Source of the DNA: a virus
Strand: one strand, 5' to 3'
IMG/VR virus record: IMGVR_UViG_3300042876_000891
Coordinates: 1 to 37,277 of that record
DNA: 37,277 bases
Shown: piece after piece, positions 8,165 through 16,728 of the stretch
How the letters are laid out: the number at the start of each line of letters is the position of its first letter
How positions within the stretch are numbered: position 1 is the stretch's first letter
Notes under the pieces: generated by a model
Told to the model about the DNA's origin: nothing
The model's input: only the letters and a program-made list of their open reading frames with translations
Database searches by the model: none
Position numbers and translations under genes: made by a program

Positions 8165-8590
8165 CTACAGGCCGAAGGTGGGGATGAAGGCGTCGAGCGC
8201 GCGCCGGACGGCCGCGAGGACCAGGTCACTCCGGTCGAGCAGTAGCGCCGCCGTCCGCCCCACGATGAGCCCGACCTCGGTCTCCGTGGGGGCGACCGCG
8301 TTCGCCTCGGTCGCGGCGGCGGCGTCGAGCTGGTCGGCGGTGAGACCGGGCGCGCCGAGGAAGGTGCGCACGAAGCCCGCCCCAACGACGGGATCCGGCT
8401 TCGAGCGGGACTTCCGGGCGAGCAGGAGGAGCGCCTCCTTCGTCTCGCTGCCGAGGCGCTGGCGGGCGACGGTATTCCCCACCATGACCGCGATCTCCTC
8501 GGGCTGGCAGACGCCGAGGGTGGCAGCCGCGGCGTCGACCGTCGCGCCACTCGTGGGGGCTTCCAGAATCACGCGGATCATCGTGGCCAT
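8165..8590 (-). CDS. Hypothetical virion-module protein (141 aa)
   Basis: ATG start with plausible protein text (MATMIRVILEAPTSGATVDAAAATLGV...). It lies between the capsid and tail genes. Confidence 0.6.
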   Translation of the reverse strand: MATMIRVILEAPTSGATVDAAAATLGVCQPEEIAVMVGNTVARQRLGSETKEALLLLARKSRSKPDPVVGAGFVRTFLGAPGLTADQLDAAAATEANAVAPTETEVGLIVGRTAALLLDRSDLVLAAVRRALDAFIPTFGL

Positions 8591-8602
8591 GGTGGGGTCT
8601 CC

Positions 8603-8803
8603 CTACTTCTTCGGGTCGGAGATGGGGGCCTTCTGCTCGCCCTTCCCCGCGACCCCGAGGAGGTGCTTCTCGTTGCGGACGAACCACTCCGGGTCGACGA
8701 CGGCCCGCAGCGGCGCGGTGGCGTCCTTGAAGGACTGGCCCGCCTTCAGCTTGGCGATGACCTGCTCCCGCTCCGCCTCGGTGGCTCCGACTCTCAGCGA
8801 CAT
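8603..8803 (-). CDS. Hypothetical small protein (66 aa)
   Basis: ATG start with plausible charged text (MSLRVGATEAEREQVIAKLKAGQSFKDA...). It is the first gene after the capsid terminator. Confidence 0.55.
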   Translation of the reverse strand: MSLRVGATEAEREQVIAKLKAGQSFKDATAPLRAVVDPEWFVRNEKHLLGVAGKGEQKAPISDPKK

Positions 8804-8834
8804 GTGGGTGAACTCCGTCCCTGCTCGGAAGAAT

Positions 8835-8872
8835 CGAGGGCGAGGCGGCGCAGGGAGGCCGCCTCGCCCTCG
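8835..8872 (-). terminator. Strong GC hairpin immediately downstream of the capsid gene (intrinsic-terminator-like or attenuator)
   Basis: A 15-bp perfect stem (8835-8849 pairs with 8858-8872) with an 8-nt loop starts 4 nt after the capsid stop. On the minus strand it is followed by ATTCTTCC. Confidence 0.6.
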
Positions 8873-8876
8873 GCTG

Positions 8877-9734
8877 CTAGGACTCGAGCACGTGCGCGCG
8901 GACGACGTGCTCGTCCTCGATGCGCGTCGCGCCGGCGGCGAAGGCGCTGTAGACGCGCCACGCGAAGGACTTCTCGGTGCTCTCGACCACGCGGGTCCAG
9001 ATGTCCTTCGTGATGTGCAGGCCGATCGCCCGCTTCGTCATCGCGAGGTAGTAGTACTCGGACCCGACGACGTTCGGGAGCAGGTTGGAGACGATCCAGG
9101 TGTAGCCGAGCCACCGCTCGACGTACCCGGTCGTCGCGAGCGCCTGGGCGTTCACGTAGTCCGAGCTCGTCGACTGGGTCATCTGGAGGAGCTTCTTCGC
9201 GCCGTTCGGCCGGATGATGAAGACCTTCTCCTCCTCGGGCGGGACCTCCTTCGCCCAGAAGAGCTCGTTCACCGACGTGATGAAGTTGAAGTCGAACGCC
9301 TGGGCGGCGCCGCCGAGGCCCTGCCCGACCGGGAAGACGGTCGGCGCGCCGGCCTCGTCCTCGGTCGAGCCGAGGGCGGCGGTGATGATGATGTCGTCGA
9401 ACTTCCGGCCGATGGCGTCCGCGTGGGCGCGGAGCAGGTCGGAGGTCGGGTCCGTGGTCGCCTGGGCGACGTTCTCCGGGTCGACCAGGTTCGAGACCTC
9501 GAACCCGGACGGCTTGGAGCGGCGCCGCGTGAGGCTGATCGCGGTGTCGGCGGTGGCGCCGCCGGGCGTGCGCGCGACGGCGGTCAGCGCGCCGAGGCGG
9601 TCCCAGAGGTGCATGTCGGGGGCGTTCCGCTCGATGCAGAACTGGCGGAACTTCGAGCCGCGCTGCTGGGAGAGCGCGCGGAGGTTCGCCTCGTAGGTGC
9701 GCTGGTAGATGGGGCTCAGGTCTGCGACGGCCAT
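8877..9734 (-). CDS. Putative major capsid protein (285 aa)
   Basis: It follows the portal and scaffold genes. It has a 204-nt leader with AGGAGA before the ATG and a strong hairpin after the stop, consistent with a highly expressed gene. The protein text is plausibly globular. The call rests on position and size, not on a recognised motif. Confidence 0.55.
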   Translation of the reverse strand: MAVADLSPIYQRTYEANLRALSQQRGSKFRQFCIERNAPDMHLWDRLGALTAVARTPGGATADTAISLTRRRSKPSGFEVSNLVDPENVAQATTDPTSDLLRAHADAIGRKFDDIIITAALGSTEDEAGAPTVFPVGQGLGGAAQAFDFNFITSVNELFWAKEVPPEEEKVFIIRPNGAKKLLQMTQSTSSDYVNAQALATTGYVERWLGYTWIVSNLLPNVVGSEYYYLAMTKRAIGLHITKDIWTRVVESTEKSFAWRVYSAFAAGATRIEDEHVVRAHVLES

Positions 9735-9938
9735 GTGGTTCTCCTGCCCGCGTCCGCGGGCGACTGGTCAGGTCGCCACGAGGAATCCGGACAGGTGCCG
9801 GGCCCGCGCTTGGAGCTGTGCGCCCGCTCCCGAGGCCCTGGGCTTCTGCGGGGCCGGCGCGAGGCCGGGAGACCCACCACCCAGGAGCAGCAACGAGTCG
9901 AGGCTACGGAGGGGCAGGGACAGGACGCCCCGCGGGGC

Positions 9939-10205
9939 CTACTTCGCGAAGGTCGCGGCCATCACGGCCACGAGGGCGCCGACGATGGTCCCAACGAGGC
10001 CGCCGGCGAAGAGGTACCCGCCGAGCCGGCCCTTCAGGTTCTCGAGCTGCTTCTCGATGGACGTCAGGGTCTTCTGCAGATCCTTGACCGTCTCGTCGTC
10101 CTCGAGATCGCGGATGCGCCGCTCGAAGTCCCGGAACTGCTGCGCGCACCCCGGGTTGGCGCAGAGGGCGTGCTCACCCGTTACAGCCCTCTCCATGTCG
10201 CCCAT
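9939..10205 (-). CDS. Tail-anchored coiled-coil membrane protein (88 aa), associated with the lysis cassette
   Basis: ATG at 10205 shares one base with the upstream TGA. The text has a central heptad-like segment (FERRIRDLEDDETVKDLQKTLTSIEKQLENLKGRL) and a C-terminal TM (GGYLFAGGLVGTIVGALVAVMAATFAK). Confidence 0.55.
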   Translation of the reverse strand: MGDMERAVTGEHALCANPGCAQQFRDFERRIRDLEDDETVKDLQKTLTSIEKQLENLKGRLGGYLFAGGLVGTIVGALVAVMAATFAK

Positions 10206-10429
10206 CACGGCACCGCTTCGACGACGGGGGGGCCGGCCAGCCACCAGCCCGGCAGCGCGCGGGCCTTCGTCTTCTTCAGCGTCCCGTCCGGCTGGCGCGC
10301 CCAGATGACCACGTCAGCTTCCTTCGCCAGTCGGTGCGGAATGGTTGGGTCCGGGATCACGCCCTTGCCGGCGCAGCTCGTCAGCGACAGCGCGGCGGAA
10401 GCGCAGAGCGCGCGTGCGGTCCTGGTCAT
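10205..10429 (-). CDS. Lipoprotein, o-spanin-like (74 aa)
   Basis: MTRTARALCASAALSLTSCAG carries a signal peptide with lipobox L-T-S-C. Third-position GC is about 90 percent. The gene overlaps the preceding membrane-protein ORF, as in overlapped spanin pairs. Confidence 0.6.
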   Translation of the reverse strand: MTRTARALCASAALSLTSCAGKGVIPDPTIPHRLAKEADVVIWARQPDGTLKKTKARALPGWWLAGPPVVEAVP

Positions 10430-10535
10430 CGGGGGCCTCCTCGATCGCCGTGCGGCGAGCGTCCTGGGCGTCCAGCCACGCGCACGCGATGGCGTAGGCC
10501 ACCGCGTACACGAAGCGCTGCCACGCGGTCGTCAC
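10314..10535 (-). CDS. Small membrane protein (73-aa ORF), a possible i-spanin-like or holin-accessory protein. Only the first 35 or so codons look selected.
   Basis: GTG at 10535 overlaps the upstream TGA (GTGA). The N-terminus MTTAWQRFVYAVAYAIACAWL is hydrophobic. Third-position GC is about 97 percent up to 10430 and falls to about 63 percent where it overlaps the lipoprotein gene. Confidence 0.45.
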   Translation of the reverse strand: MTTAWQRFVYAVAYAIACAWLDAQDARRTAIEEAPDDQDRTRALRFRRAVADELRRQGRDPGPNHSAPTGEGS

Positions 10536-10762
10536 GGGGCCTGCTGGAGCCTCGCCGCGGCCTCGGACGTCGCCGGGACGGTGCCGCCGGTGACGTTGGC
10601 GTCCTTGGCCGTGATGAGGCCGATGCCCGCCGAGATCGCCGAGAGCGTCGCCAGGATGTCGGGGACCGTCTCCGGCTTGCCGTCGAGGAGCGCGGTGCCG
10701 AAGGCGACGACGGCGCCGAGGATGGCGAGGATGCCGAGGATGGTGGTCTTGGGGCTCTTCAT
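10532..10762 (-). CDS. Holin-like two-TM membrane protein (76 aa)
   Basis: The ATG at 10762 gives MKSPKTTILGILAILGAVVAFGTALLDG...LATLSAISAGIGLITA, with two hydrophobic helices. It lies directly downstream of the peptidase gene. Confidence 0.5.
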   Translation of the reverse strand: MKSPKTTILGILAILGAVVAFGTALLDGKPETVPDILATLSAISAGIGLITAKDANVTGGTVPATSEAAARLQQAP

Positions 10763-10785
10763 GGCGATCTCCTTGGGCCGGTCTT

Positions 10786-11181
10786 TCACCCGCCGGCGGG
10801 GTCGAACTCGATGTGGATGTGCGCGCCCGTCCACTGGCCGCCGACGCCGGCCGCCTCCGCGTACGTGGGCGTCGCCTCGTCCAGGACGTCGAAGGCTCCG
10901 GCCGGCTTGGAGAGCCGGGCCCGGATGGCGGCGACCACCGCGGTCGCCTTGTCGGGCGGCGGATACGCGAAGTCGCAGGCGTCGCAGACGCCGCGGCGGT
11001 GCGCGCGCTTCAGGTCCCGGTCGGTGCCGTGCAGGAGGGTCTTCGCCCAGGGACCCGGACGGAAGCAGCTGGTGATGCGGGCTTCGAGACCCGCGCGCCG
11101 GAACTCCTCTTCGACGACTGCGATGCCGAAGAGGAGCTCCGCGCTGGCGTGGTCCAGGTTGGCTCCGGGCTTCACTCGCAT
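10786..11181 (-). CDS. Putative peptidoglycan peptidase / endolysin, LAS (M15-like) zinc peptidase fold (131 aa)
   Basis: The H-x3-G-x-C-D-A-C-D segment (HRRGVCDACDF) and the C-terminal HIHIE resemble the His/Asp/His zinc ligands of M15-family D-Ala-D-Ala and L-Ala-D-Glu peptidases. Holin-like and spanin-like genes are adjacent. Confidence 0.5.
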   Translation of the reverse strand: MRVKPGANLDHASAELLFGIAVVEEEFRRAGLEARITSCFRPGPWAKTLLHGTDRDLKRAHRRGVCDACDFAYPPPDKATAVVAAIRARLSKPAGAFDVLDEATPTYAEAAGVGGQWTGAHIHIEFDPAGG

Positions 11182-11221
11182 GGGAAACGAGTACCCGGGC
11201 GCGGGGACAGCGAACCCCGAC

Positions 11222-12037
11222 TCAGGCCCCGATGAGCTCGTTCAGCTCCGCGACCTTCGCCACGAGCGACTGGTGGATCGCGCGCTGGGACGGCTTCGGG
11301 TTGAAGTACTCCGGCCGCGCCATGATCTCGGCGCGCTGCGCCTTCGCCTCGGCCGGCGTGAGCTTCCCGCCCGCGCCACCGCCCTGCTCGGCCACCTGGC
11401 GCGTCTCCCCGAAGCCCTTCGCGATCGCGGAGAAGGCCTTGAACGTGGTCCCGTCCACCGCCCCGCTCTTCAGCGCGGAGACGAGCGACTCCGGGAAGCC
11501 GAGCTTCGCCGCCACCGCGGCCGCCGAAGCGGTCCGCTCGTCGAACGCGGCCCCGAGCTCCTTCCGCAGCGCGGTCATGGCCTCCTTCTGCTGCTGCGCC
11601 GCCGTGCCCAGGGCGTCGGCGAACCGCTTCGCGCGGGAGGCGAACTGCGCCTTCGTGAGCCCCTCCTCGAGCGCCTCCTTGCGCAGCGCCTCGACGTGCT
11701 CCTCGGCGAGCTCGACGTCCTTCGGGAGGGAGTACTCCTTCGCCTCCTTCGGCTTGCCGAGGCGCGACCAGGCGGCCTCGCGCGCGACCTTCGCCGGCTC
11801 GTCGTCGCCGTCGGGGATGAGGACGAGCTCGGGCACCTTCTCGCGGAGCTTCGTCACGAACTCCAGCCGCGCCTCCGGCTTCGCGTCGGGCCCGGGCGGG
11901 CGGAGCGAGCCACCGACGAGCGCCTTCGTGTCGACGAAGCGCTTCGCCAGGGAGGCGACGTCGTTCACGTCCTTCAGCGAGGGGTCGCTCTTCAGCTCGG
12001 CGGGCCAGTCCTTCGTCAGCTCTTCGGGGAGTGCCAT
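11222..12037 (-). CDS. Putative scaffolding protein (271 aa)
   Basis: The text is highly charged, Ala/Glu/Lys-rich and helical. It lies just downstream of the portal gene. Confidence 0.55.
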   Translation of the reverse strand: MALPEELTKDWPAELKSDPSLKDVNDVASLAKRFVDTKALVGGSLRPPGPDAKPEARLEFVTKLREKVPELVLIPDGDDEPAKVAREAAWSRLGKPKEAKEYSLPKDVELAEEHVEALRKEALEEGLTKAQFASRAKRFADALGTAAQQQKEAMTALRKELGAAFDERTASAAAVAAKLGFPESLVSALKSGAVDGTTFKAFSAIAKGFGETRQVAEQGGGAGGKLTPAEAKAQRAEIMARPEYFNPKPSQRAIHQSLVAKVAELNELIGA

Positions 12038-12040
12038 GGG

Positions 12041-12247
12041 TCAGGTTCCTTTCGCCTCTTCGCGGAGGCGCTCGAGGTCGGCCAGGGCGTCGAGGCGCCC
12101 CAGCCGGTTCAGCATCTGGTGCTCGGTCTCGCTCGGCGCGCCGCTCCGGTAGACGCGGCGCAGGTGCCGGAGCAGCGCGGCACCCTCCTCGGTCGCGAGG
12201 ATCTGGACGGCAGCCCTGCGGTCGCGGTCGCGCTCGTCGACGCTCAT
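12041..12247 (-). CDS. Hypothetical small protein (68 aa)
   Basis: The ATG overlaps the portal stop (ATGA). The text is plausible and charged. Confidence 0.5.
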   Translation of the reverse strand: MSVDERDRDRRAAVQILATEEGAALLRHLRRVYRSGAPSETEHQMLNRLGRLDALADLERLREEAKGT

Positions 12248-13980
12248 CCGAGCACCCCGCCGGACGGCAGGAGGGCGGGCTGCTCACCGATGCCCGGGGG
12301 ACCGCCGACAGGCACGCCGGCAGCGGCGGCAGCGGCCATCCCCTGCCCCGCGTTCTTCATCGTCTCGGCCTCCTGGGCCCTGGCCATGGCGGCCTGCTCG
12401 GCGTCGATGCGCCGCTGAGCCTCGGCGGGCGAGTTGAACATCGCCGCCGGCGAGCCGACCCGGCGCGAGTGCTCGCGGATCATCCCGGCGAGGTTCAGGT
12501 GGTGCCGCGCCTCGGTGAAGCCGAGCTTGACCAGGTTGGCGATGAAGCCGGCGCTGCGCTCGATCGCGACGACCTCGTCCATGAGCTGCGCGCGGGCGAT
12601 CGGACCGCGGAAGCGCAGCTTCAGCTCCGCCTTCTTCCGCTTCACGATCTCGGGCGCCTGCGGGAGCCGCTTCGCGCGCGAGAGGTGGTCCAGGACGATC
12701 AACACGACGGGCGCGAGCGCGTCCCACTGGAGCCGGGCCACCGGCGAGCCGATCGCCCGGTTCATCTCGTCCTTCCGGGCCGCGACCTCGGTCGCCGTCA
12801 TCTGCGGCGACTCCTTCAGCTGCAGGTCGTCCTCGTGGAAGCACCGGCGGATCTCGATCCGCTCGTCGCGGAGAACCTCGACGGAGACGTCGAACCGGGC
12901 CGCGCTCTCGAGCGGCCACCAGTCCTCCTTCGACGGCATGACGGTCGTCTTGCCAGGGCGGAGGTCAATCGACCCGGAGACACGCTCGGAGACGCCATGT
13001 GCGGGGTCCACGGCCTTCTCCGCCGCGTTCCGCTGCAGCTCCTTGAACCCGTTCAGCCACTTCACGTGGCGCAGGGCGATGTGGCCGCGGCCGAAGCCCC
13101 ACTGCGTGCCGGGGCGCTTGCCCCAGCGGGCCATGAGCGCGGGCATCTTGTAGTAGCCGTCCTCGAAGCCGAGCTGCTCCCCCTCCCCCTCGAGCGTGAA
13201 GTAGACGTAGCCGAAGGGGCGCTTCTCGCCGATCGCGTCGCCGGGGAGATCGGCGTCGATCGTCTCCGTGCCGAAGGAGCCGTCGCGGCGGAAGACGCAG
13301 AAGATGACGGGGATCTTCGTCGTCGCGGCCGACGGGTCCTGGGCGAGCCGCTTGATCCGCTCGGGCGCCTCGAACGCCTGGCCGCTCGTGTCCCTCGAGC
13401 GCGCGCAGTGGTCGAGGATCTGGACCGGCGTCCAGCTCAGGTGCCGGTACCAGCGCAGCACGCCGCCGCGGCTGTCCTCGACGAAGCCGGTCTGCCGGAC
13501 CGGCACCGCGGTGAAGTCGAGCCCCTTCCACTCCCCGGGCTTCGCGCTCATCGGCTCGACGACGAGCGCCATGTTCCCGATGGAGCTCCACTCGAGGTAG
13601 CCGGACGCGATCTCCATCCCGAAGTCGCTGGCCTGCAGCTCCGACCAGACCAGCTCGGCGAGCTTCTCGCGGTACGCGACGGCCTCGTGGTCCTGCTCGA
13701 TCTCGGAGTCCTGCCACTCGAGGTCGAGCCAGCGCGCGGCCGGCGACGTCACGTCAGCGTGCAGCGCGCTGGCGAGGTGCTCGGCCGCGAGCGGAGCGGT
13801 GAGGTCCCAGAGCCCGACGTCGGTCTTCGCCTCGACCGAGGACCGACTCAGGGCCTGCGACGTCTGCCCGCTGAGCGGCATGATGAACTTCTCGATGTCG
13901 TCCCAGACCGCCTCTTCCTCCGCGCGGTCGGTCCGCAGCGCTTCCCACTCCTGCTTCAGCTTGAGGATCTCGACGGCCAT
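12244..13980 (-). CDS. Portal (head-tail connector) protein (578 aa)
   Basis: The size and the position after the large terminase fit a portal. The protein text is long and plausible. The C-terminal Gly/Ala/Pro-rich tail is typical of podovirus connectors. Confidence 0.7.
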   Translation of the reverse strand: MAVEILKLKQEWEALRTDRAEEEAVWDDIEKFIMPLSGQTSQALSRSSVEAKTDVGLWDLTAPLAAEHLASALHADVTSPAARWLDLEWQDSEIEQDHEAVAYREKLAELVWSELQASDFGMEIASGYLEWSSIGNMALVVEPMSAKPGEWKGLDFTAVPVRQTGFVEDSRGGVLRWYRHLSWTPVQILDHCARSRDTSGQAFEAPERIKRLAQDPSAATTKIPVIFCVFRRDGSFGTETIDADLPGDAIGEKRPFGYVYFTLEGEGEQLGFEDGYYKMPALMARWGKRPGTQWGFGRGHIALRHVKWLNGFKELQRNAAEKAVDPAHGVSERVSGSIDLRPGKTTVMPSKEDWWPLESAARFDVSVEVLRDERIEIRRCFHEDDLQLKESPQMTATEVAARKDEMNRAIGSPVARLQWDALAPVVLIVLDHLSRAKRLPQAPEIVKRKKAELKLRFRGPIARAQLMDEVVAIERSAGFIANLVKLGFTEARHHLNLAGMIREHSRRVGSPAAMFNSPAEAQRRIDAEQAAMARAQEAETMKNAGQGMAAAAAAGVPVGGPPGIGEQPALLPSGGVLG

Positions 13981-13983
13981 GGG

Positions 13984-14268
13984 TCACCCCCTCACGACGT
14001 GGATGGAGCGCTCGGGACGCAGGATTCTGGGACGCTCGGCGGTCTTCACCACCGCGTAGAGCGGACGGCCGAAGCCCTGCGCCGCGGCGATGACCCGGCG
14101 TGCGTTCGCCTTCTGGACCTCGCTCTTCTCCGCGTCCAAGACGACCGCCTCGTGCGCGTGGATGACGTCCTCGAGGACGACGAGGATGTGCTTGCCGACG
14201 AGGGCGGTCGCCTGGTCGGAGGTGATCGCATCCTCGGCGGGTTCGGTCTGCGTGGTCGCTTCGTTCAT
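13984..14268 (-). CDS. Hypothetical protein (94 aa) between terminase and portal
   Basis: ATG start with plausible text and tight spacing on both sides. Confidence 0.5.
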   Translation of the reverse strand: MNEATTQTEPAEDAITSDQATALVGKHILVVLEDVIHAHEAVVLDAEKSEVQKANARRVIAAAQGFGRPLYAVVKTAERPRILRPERSIHVVRG

Positions 14269-14271
14269 GGG

Positions 14272-15747
14272 CTACCTCGAGCTGCCGAACGAGCGCACGG
14301 CGGAGCGCTCCCCGGTCTGGTTGTCGACGATGACGACGGTGCGGATCGCGGCGAGGACGACGGCGTCGCCGCGATCGGGAGAGCGGCCGAGGCGCTTCTT
14401 CACTTCGGCCTTCTCCTCGATGACGAGGCCGCGACCGCTGAGCCGGTAGCGGGGCGCGCAGAGGTCGGCGAAGAGCCGCTGGTCGGGCGGGAGAGCGACG
14501 CGGGGCGCGCGGTCGGGAGAGAGCGCCTCGCGGAAGCGCCACCAGGTCTCGGCGCGCCGGTTCGTGAAGGCGAGCTTACCGCTCATGTCCGTACCGTCCG
14601 AGCCCTCGGAGTTGTTCACACCCACGACGCGTCGGCCGACGAGGCCGTCCAGGTGGTCGATGACGGAGGCGCCGATCCCGATCACGTCCACGTGGATCGG
14701 CGCCTCGTCGCCGGCGACCTCCATCGCGCGCAGGGCGGCCGCTCCGCCGGTCACCACTCCCGACGAGTCCGGCTTCACGGTGACGATTTCGTCGTAGCGC
14801 CAGCCGTGGCGCGCCGCGATCGTGGTCTCGTCCCCACCGCGCGACGGGTCCACGCCGACGCTCGAGACGGGGCCAGAGGGCTCGCTCTGGCGCCAGCGGT
14901 CCATGGCCGCCTTCACCCAGGCGCTCGGGATGACCTGCCACTCGTCGTCCTGGCGGCCGGCGGTGAAGTCGCCCTGCAGCATCTGCGAACGGAGCGGCTC
15001 GGGGAGCGCCTGCAGCTGCCGGACGTAGTTCGTGCCGGCGAGGAAGCGGTTGTCGGCTACGCGGCTCGGGATGAACGTCCGCGAGATCGGCGAGATCGTC
15101 TCGCCCTTGTGCTCGAAGGGCTCGGGGCCGTCGACCCAGCGCTCGGCGCCGTCGACCATCGCGACCCACCGGAGCTCGCCGGGGAGCGCCGGCTTCGGGA
15201 AGGACGGGTCGAGCCAGGGCGCGAACCAGCGGACGAGCCACTCGCCCTCGGCGCTGGTCGGAGGGTTGGAGCACAGGAGCGCGCGCACGCGCTGCTTCCG
15301 GTCCGTGGTGCGGAGCCAGCCGAGCAGGAACCGGACCTGGCTCTCGAGCAGGTTCGCCGCCTCGTCGCAGACCAGGAGGTCGCGCGGGTTGCCCTGGAAC
15401 TTCGACTCGTCGCCGGCGTTGGGAACGCCGCCGAACTGGATCTGCCGGCCGTGCGGGAGGCGCCACACGTGCTCCTGGCCGTTGAGTCCGACGCGTCCGC
15501 CGAGGAGCGCGGCGAGCTCGTCGATGACGGGCATGAGCTGCGTCGCCTCTCGCCGGACGAAGAGCGTGCGGCGGTGGCGGGTGACGGCGAGGCCGATGCC
15601 GAGCGCGGTCTTCCCTCCGCCGGCGGCTCCGCCGTAGAGCAGCTGGTCCGCCTCACACAGAAAGGCCTGCAGCTGGGGTCCGGGCTGCGGCACCCACGGG
15701 ACCGTGCTCGATAGCTCGGAGAGGCGCGCGCGGTCGACGACGCTCAC
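14272..15747 (-). CDS. terL: Terminase large subunit (491 aa)
   Basis: GTG at 15747 overlaps the upstream TGA. The text has Walker A LYGGAAGGGKTAL and Walker B-like DLLVCDEAANL, with a C-terminal nuclease-sized domain. The upstream part of the 633-aa track ORF is Arg/Pro/Gly junk. Confidence 0.8.
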   Translation of the reverse strand: MSVVDRARLSELSSTVPWVPQPGPQLQAFLCEADQLLYGGAAGGGKTALGIGLAVTRHRRTLFVRREATQLMPVIDELAALLGGRVGLNGQEHVWRLPHGRQIQFGGVPNAGDESKFQGNPRDLLVCDEAANLLESQVRFLLGWLRTTDRKQRVRALLCSNPPTSAEGEWLVRWFAPWLDPSFPKPALPGELRWVAMVDGAERWVDGPEPFEHKGETISPISRTFIPSRVADNRFLAGTNYVRQLQALPEPLRSQMLQGDFTAGRQDDEWQVIPSAWVKAAMDRWRQSEPSGPVSSVGVDPSRGGDETTIAARHGWRYDEIVTVKPDSSGVVTGGAAALRAMEVAGDEAPIHVDVIGIGASVIDHLDGLVGRRVVGVNNSEGSDGTDMSGKLAFTNRRAETWWRFREALSPDRAPRVALPPDQRLFADLCAPRYRLSGRGLVIEEKAEVKKRLGRSPDRGDAVVLAAIRTVVIVDNQTGERSAVRSFGSSR

Positions 15748-16211
15748 CGGCTGCTCCCGAAGGCGCGGATCGCGTGCGGCGGGCGTCGCGGCCGGGACGC
15801 CGGCGGCAGGACGCGCTGGAGCGCGGTGCGCATCCTCCCGCCCTCGACCTGGATGACCTCGGTCAGGTCGAGCTCGACGTCCAGATCGGGGGCTCCCGGG
15901 CGCTGCCAGATGCCGAGCTCGCGCGGGACGAAGTCGCGGCGGTGGTTCACGCGGATGAGCCGCTCGATCCGCTTGACGAGCACGCGAGCGCGGGAGCCGT
16001 CGAGGATCACGATCGCGAGCACCTGGCCCGAGCCGTGGCGGCCGAAATCCTCGCCGAACTCGATCTCGCCAGGGCCGGCGCCGGGAAGCGCCTGGGTGGG
16101 GTCGTCGGGGTTGAGCTTCAGCGCCATCGCCTCGAGGTTGAAGCGCTCGAGGACCATGCGGAGCGCACGCCACGCGAGCCGGCGCGGGTAGAGCGCGCTG
16201 GGATCAACCAC
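15744..16211 (-). CDS. Hypothetical protein (155 aa) between the small and large terminase genes
   Basis: GTG start at 16211, high third-position GC, plausible text. Confidence 0.55.
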   Translation of the reverse strand: MVDPSALYPRRLAWRALRMVLERFNLEAMALKLNPDDPTQALPGAGPGEIEFGEDFGRHGSGQVLAIVILDGSRARVLVKRIERLIRVNHRRDFVPRELGIWQRPGAPDLDVELDLTEVIQVEGGRMRTALQRVLPPASRPRRPPHAIRAFGSSR

Positions 16212-16728
16212 GACGCACCTCGTGCTCGAGCACCGAGAGCTTCGCCCACTCCTCGTCGGTGATGTCGCGGGTCTCGGTGACGTCCTTCACCTCGAGGATC
16301 TCGCGGAGGAGTCCGTGGTGCTTCGCGAGGAGTCCGGCGGCTTCGTTCTTCGACCAGAACCGGATCTTCAGGTTGCCCTTGGTGTCGCGCTCGATGCTCG
16401 AGATGGCGCGGCGGACGTCCTCGGGCATCTTGTGGATCGGCAGCACGCGCCCCTTCGCGTCGAAGGCTTGAGCGATGTCGACCTTCGCGACGCGAGCGAG
16501 CTCGAGCTTGATGCTCTCGGCCGAGGCGTCGATCTTCGCGAGCTGCGGCGCGGTGAGCTGCGCGACGCGGCGCGCGACCTGAGGCCTCCTGAGGAGCGCT
16601 GGCCCCTCGGTCTCGGCCGTCGCTCGGCTCGCCTTCGGGTAGACCTCGCGGTACGCAGCGGCCGCGTTGCCGCCGTTCTTCACGACGACGTGCGCGAACC
16701 GCTCGTGCCTGGCGTTGAGCTTGCTCAC
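16204..16728 (-). CDS. terS: Terminase small subunit (174 aa)
   Basis: GTG at 16728 overlaps the upstream TGA. VSKLNARHERFAHVVVKNGGNAAAAYREVYPKAS matches the N-terminal HTH pattern of Terminase_2-type small subunits. Confidence 0.65.
   Translation of the reverse strand: MSKLNARHERFAHVVVKNGGNAAAAYREVYPKASRATAETEGPALLRRPQVARRVAQLTAPQLAKIDASAESIKLELARVAKVDIAQAFDAKGRVLPIHKMPEDVRRAISSIERDTKGNLKIRFWSKNEAAGLLAKHHGLLREILEVKDVTETRDITDEEWAKLSVLEHEVRRG

Noticed and set aside
9779-9788. CGAGGAATCC in the capsid leader as a third copy of the CGAGGAATGGC box
   Set aside because: Only 8-9 nt match. The match is on the non-coding strand relative to local genes, and the companion 12-mer is absent. This is compatible with chance in 74 kb of double-stranded sequence.
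7776-15714. Very long plus-strand ORFs (7776..11075 at 1,099 aa, 10334..12418 at 694 aa, 12031..15714 at 1,227 aa) antisense to the structural genes
   Set aside because: They have low-complexity Arg/Ala/Gly/Pro composition and no SD or coupling logic. The opposite strand carries recognisable portal, terminase, capsid and lysis genes. Stop-poor antisense frames are expected at this GC content.
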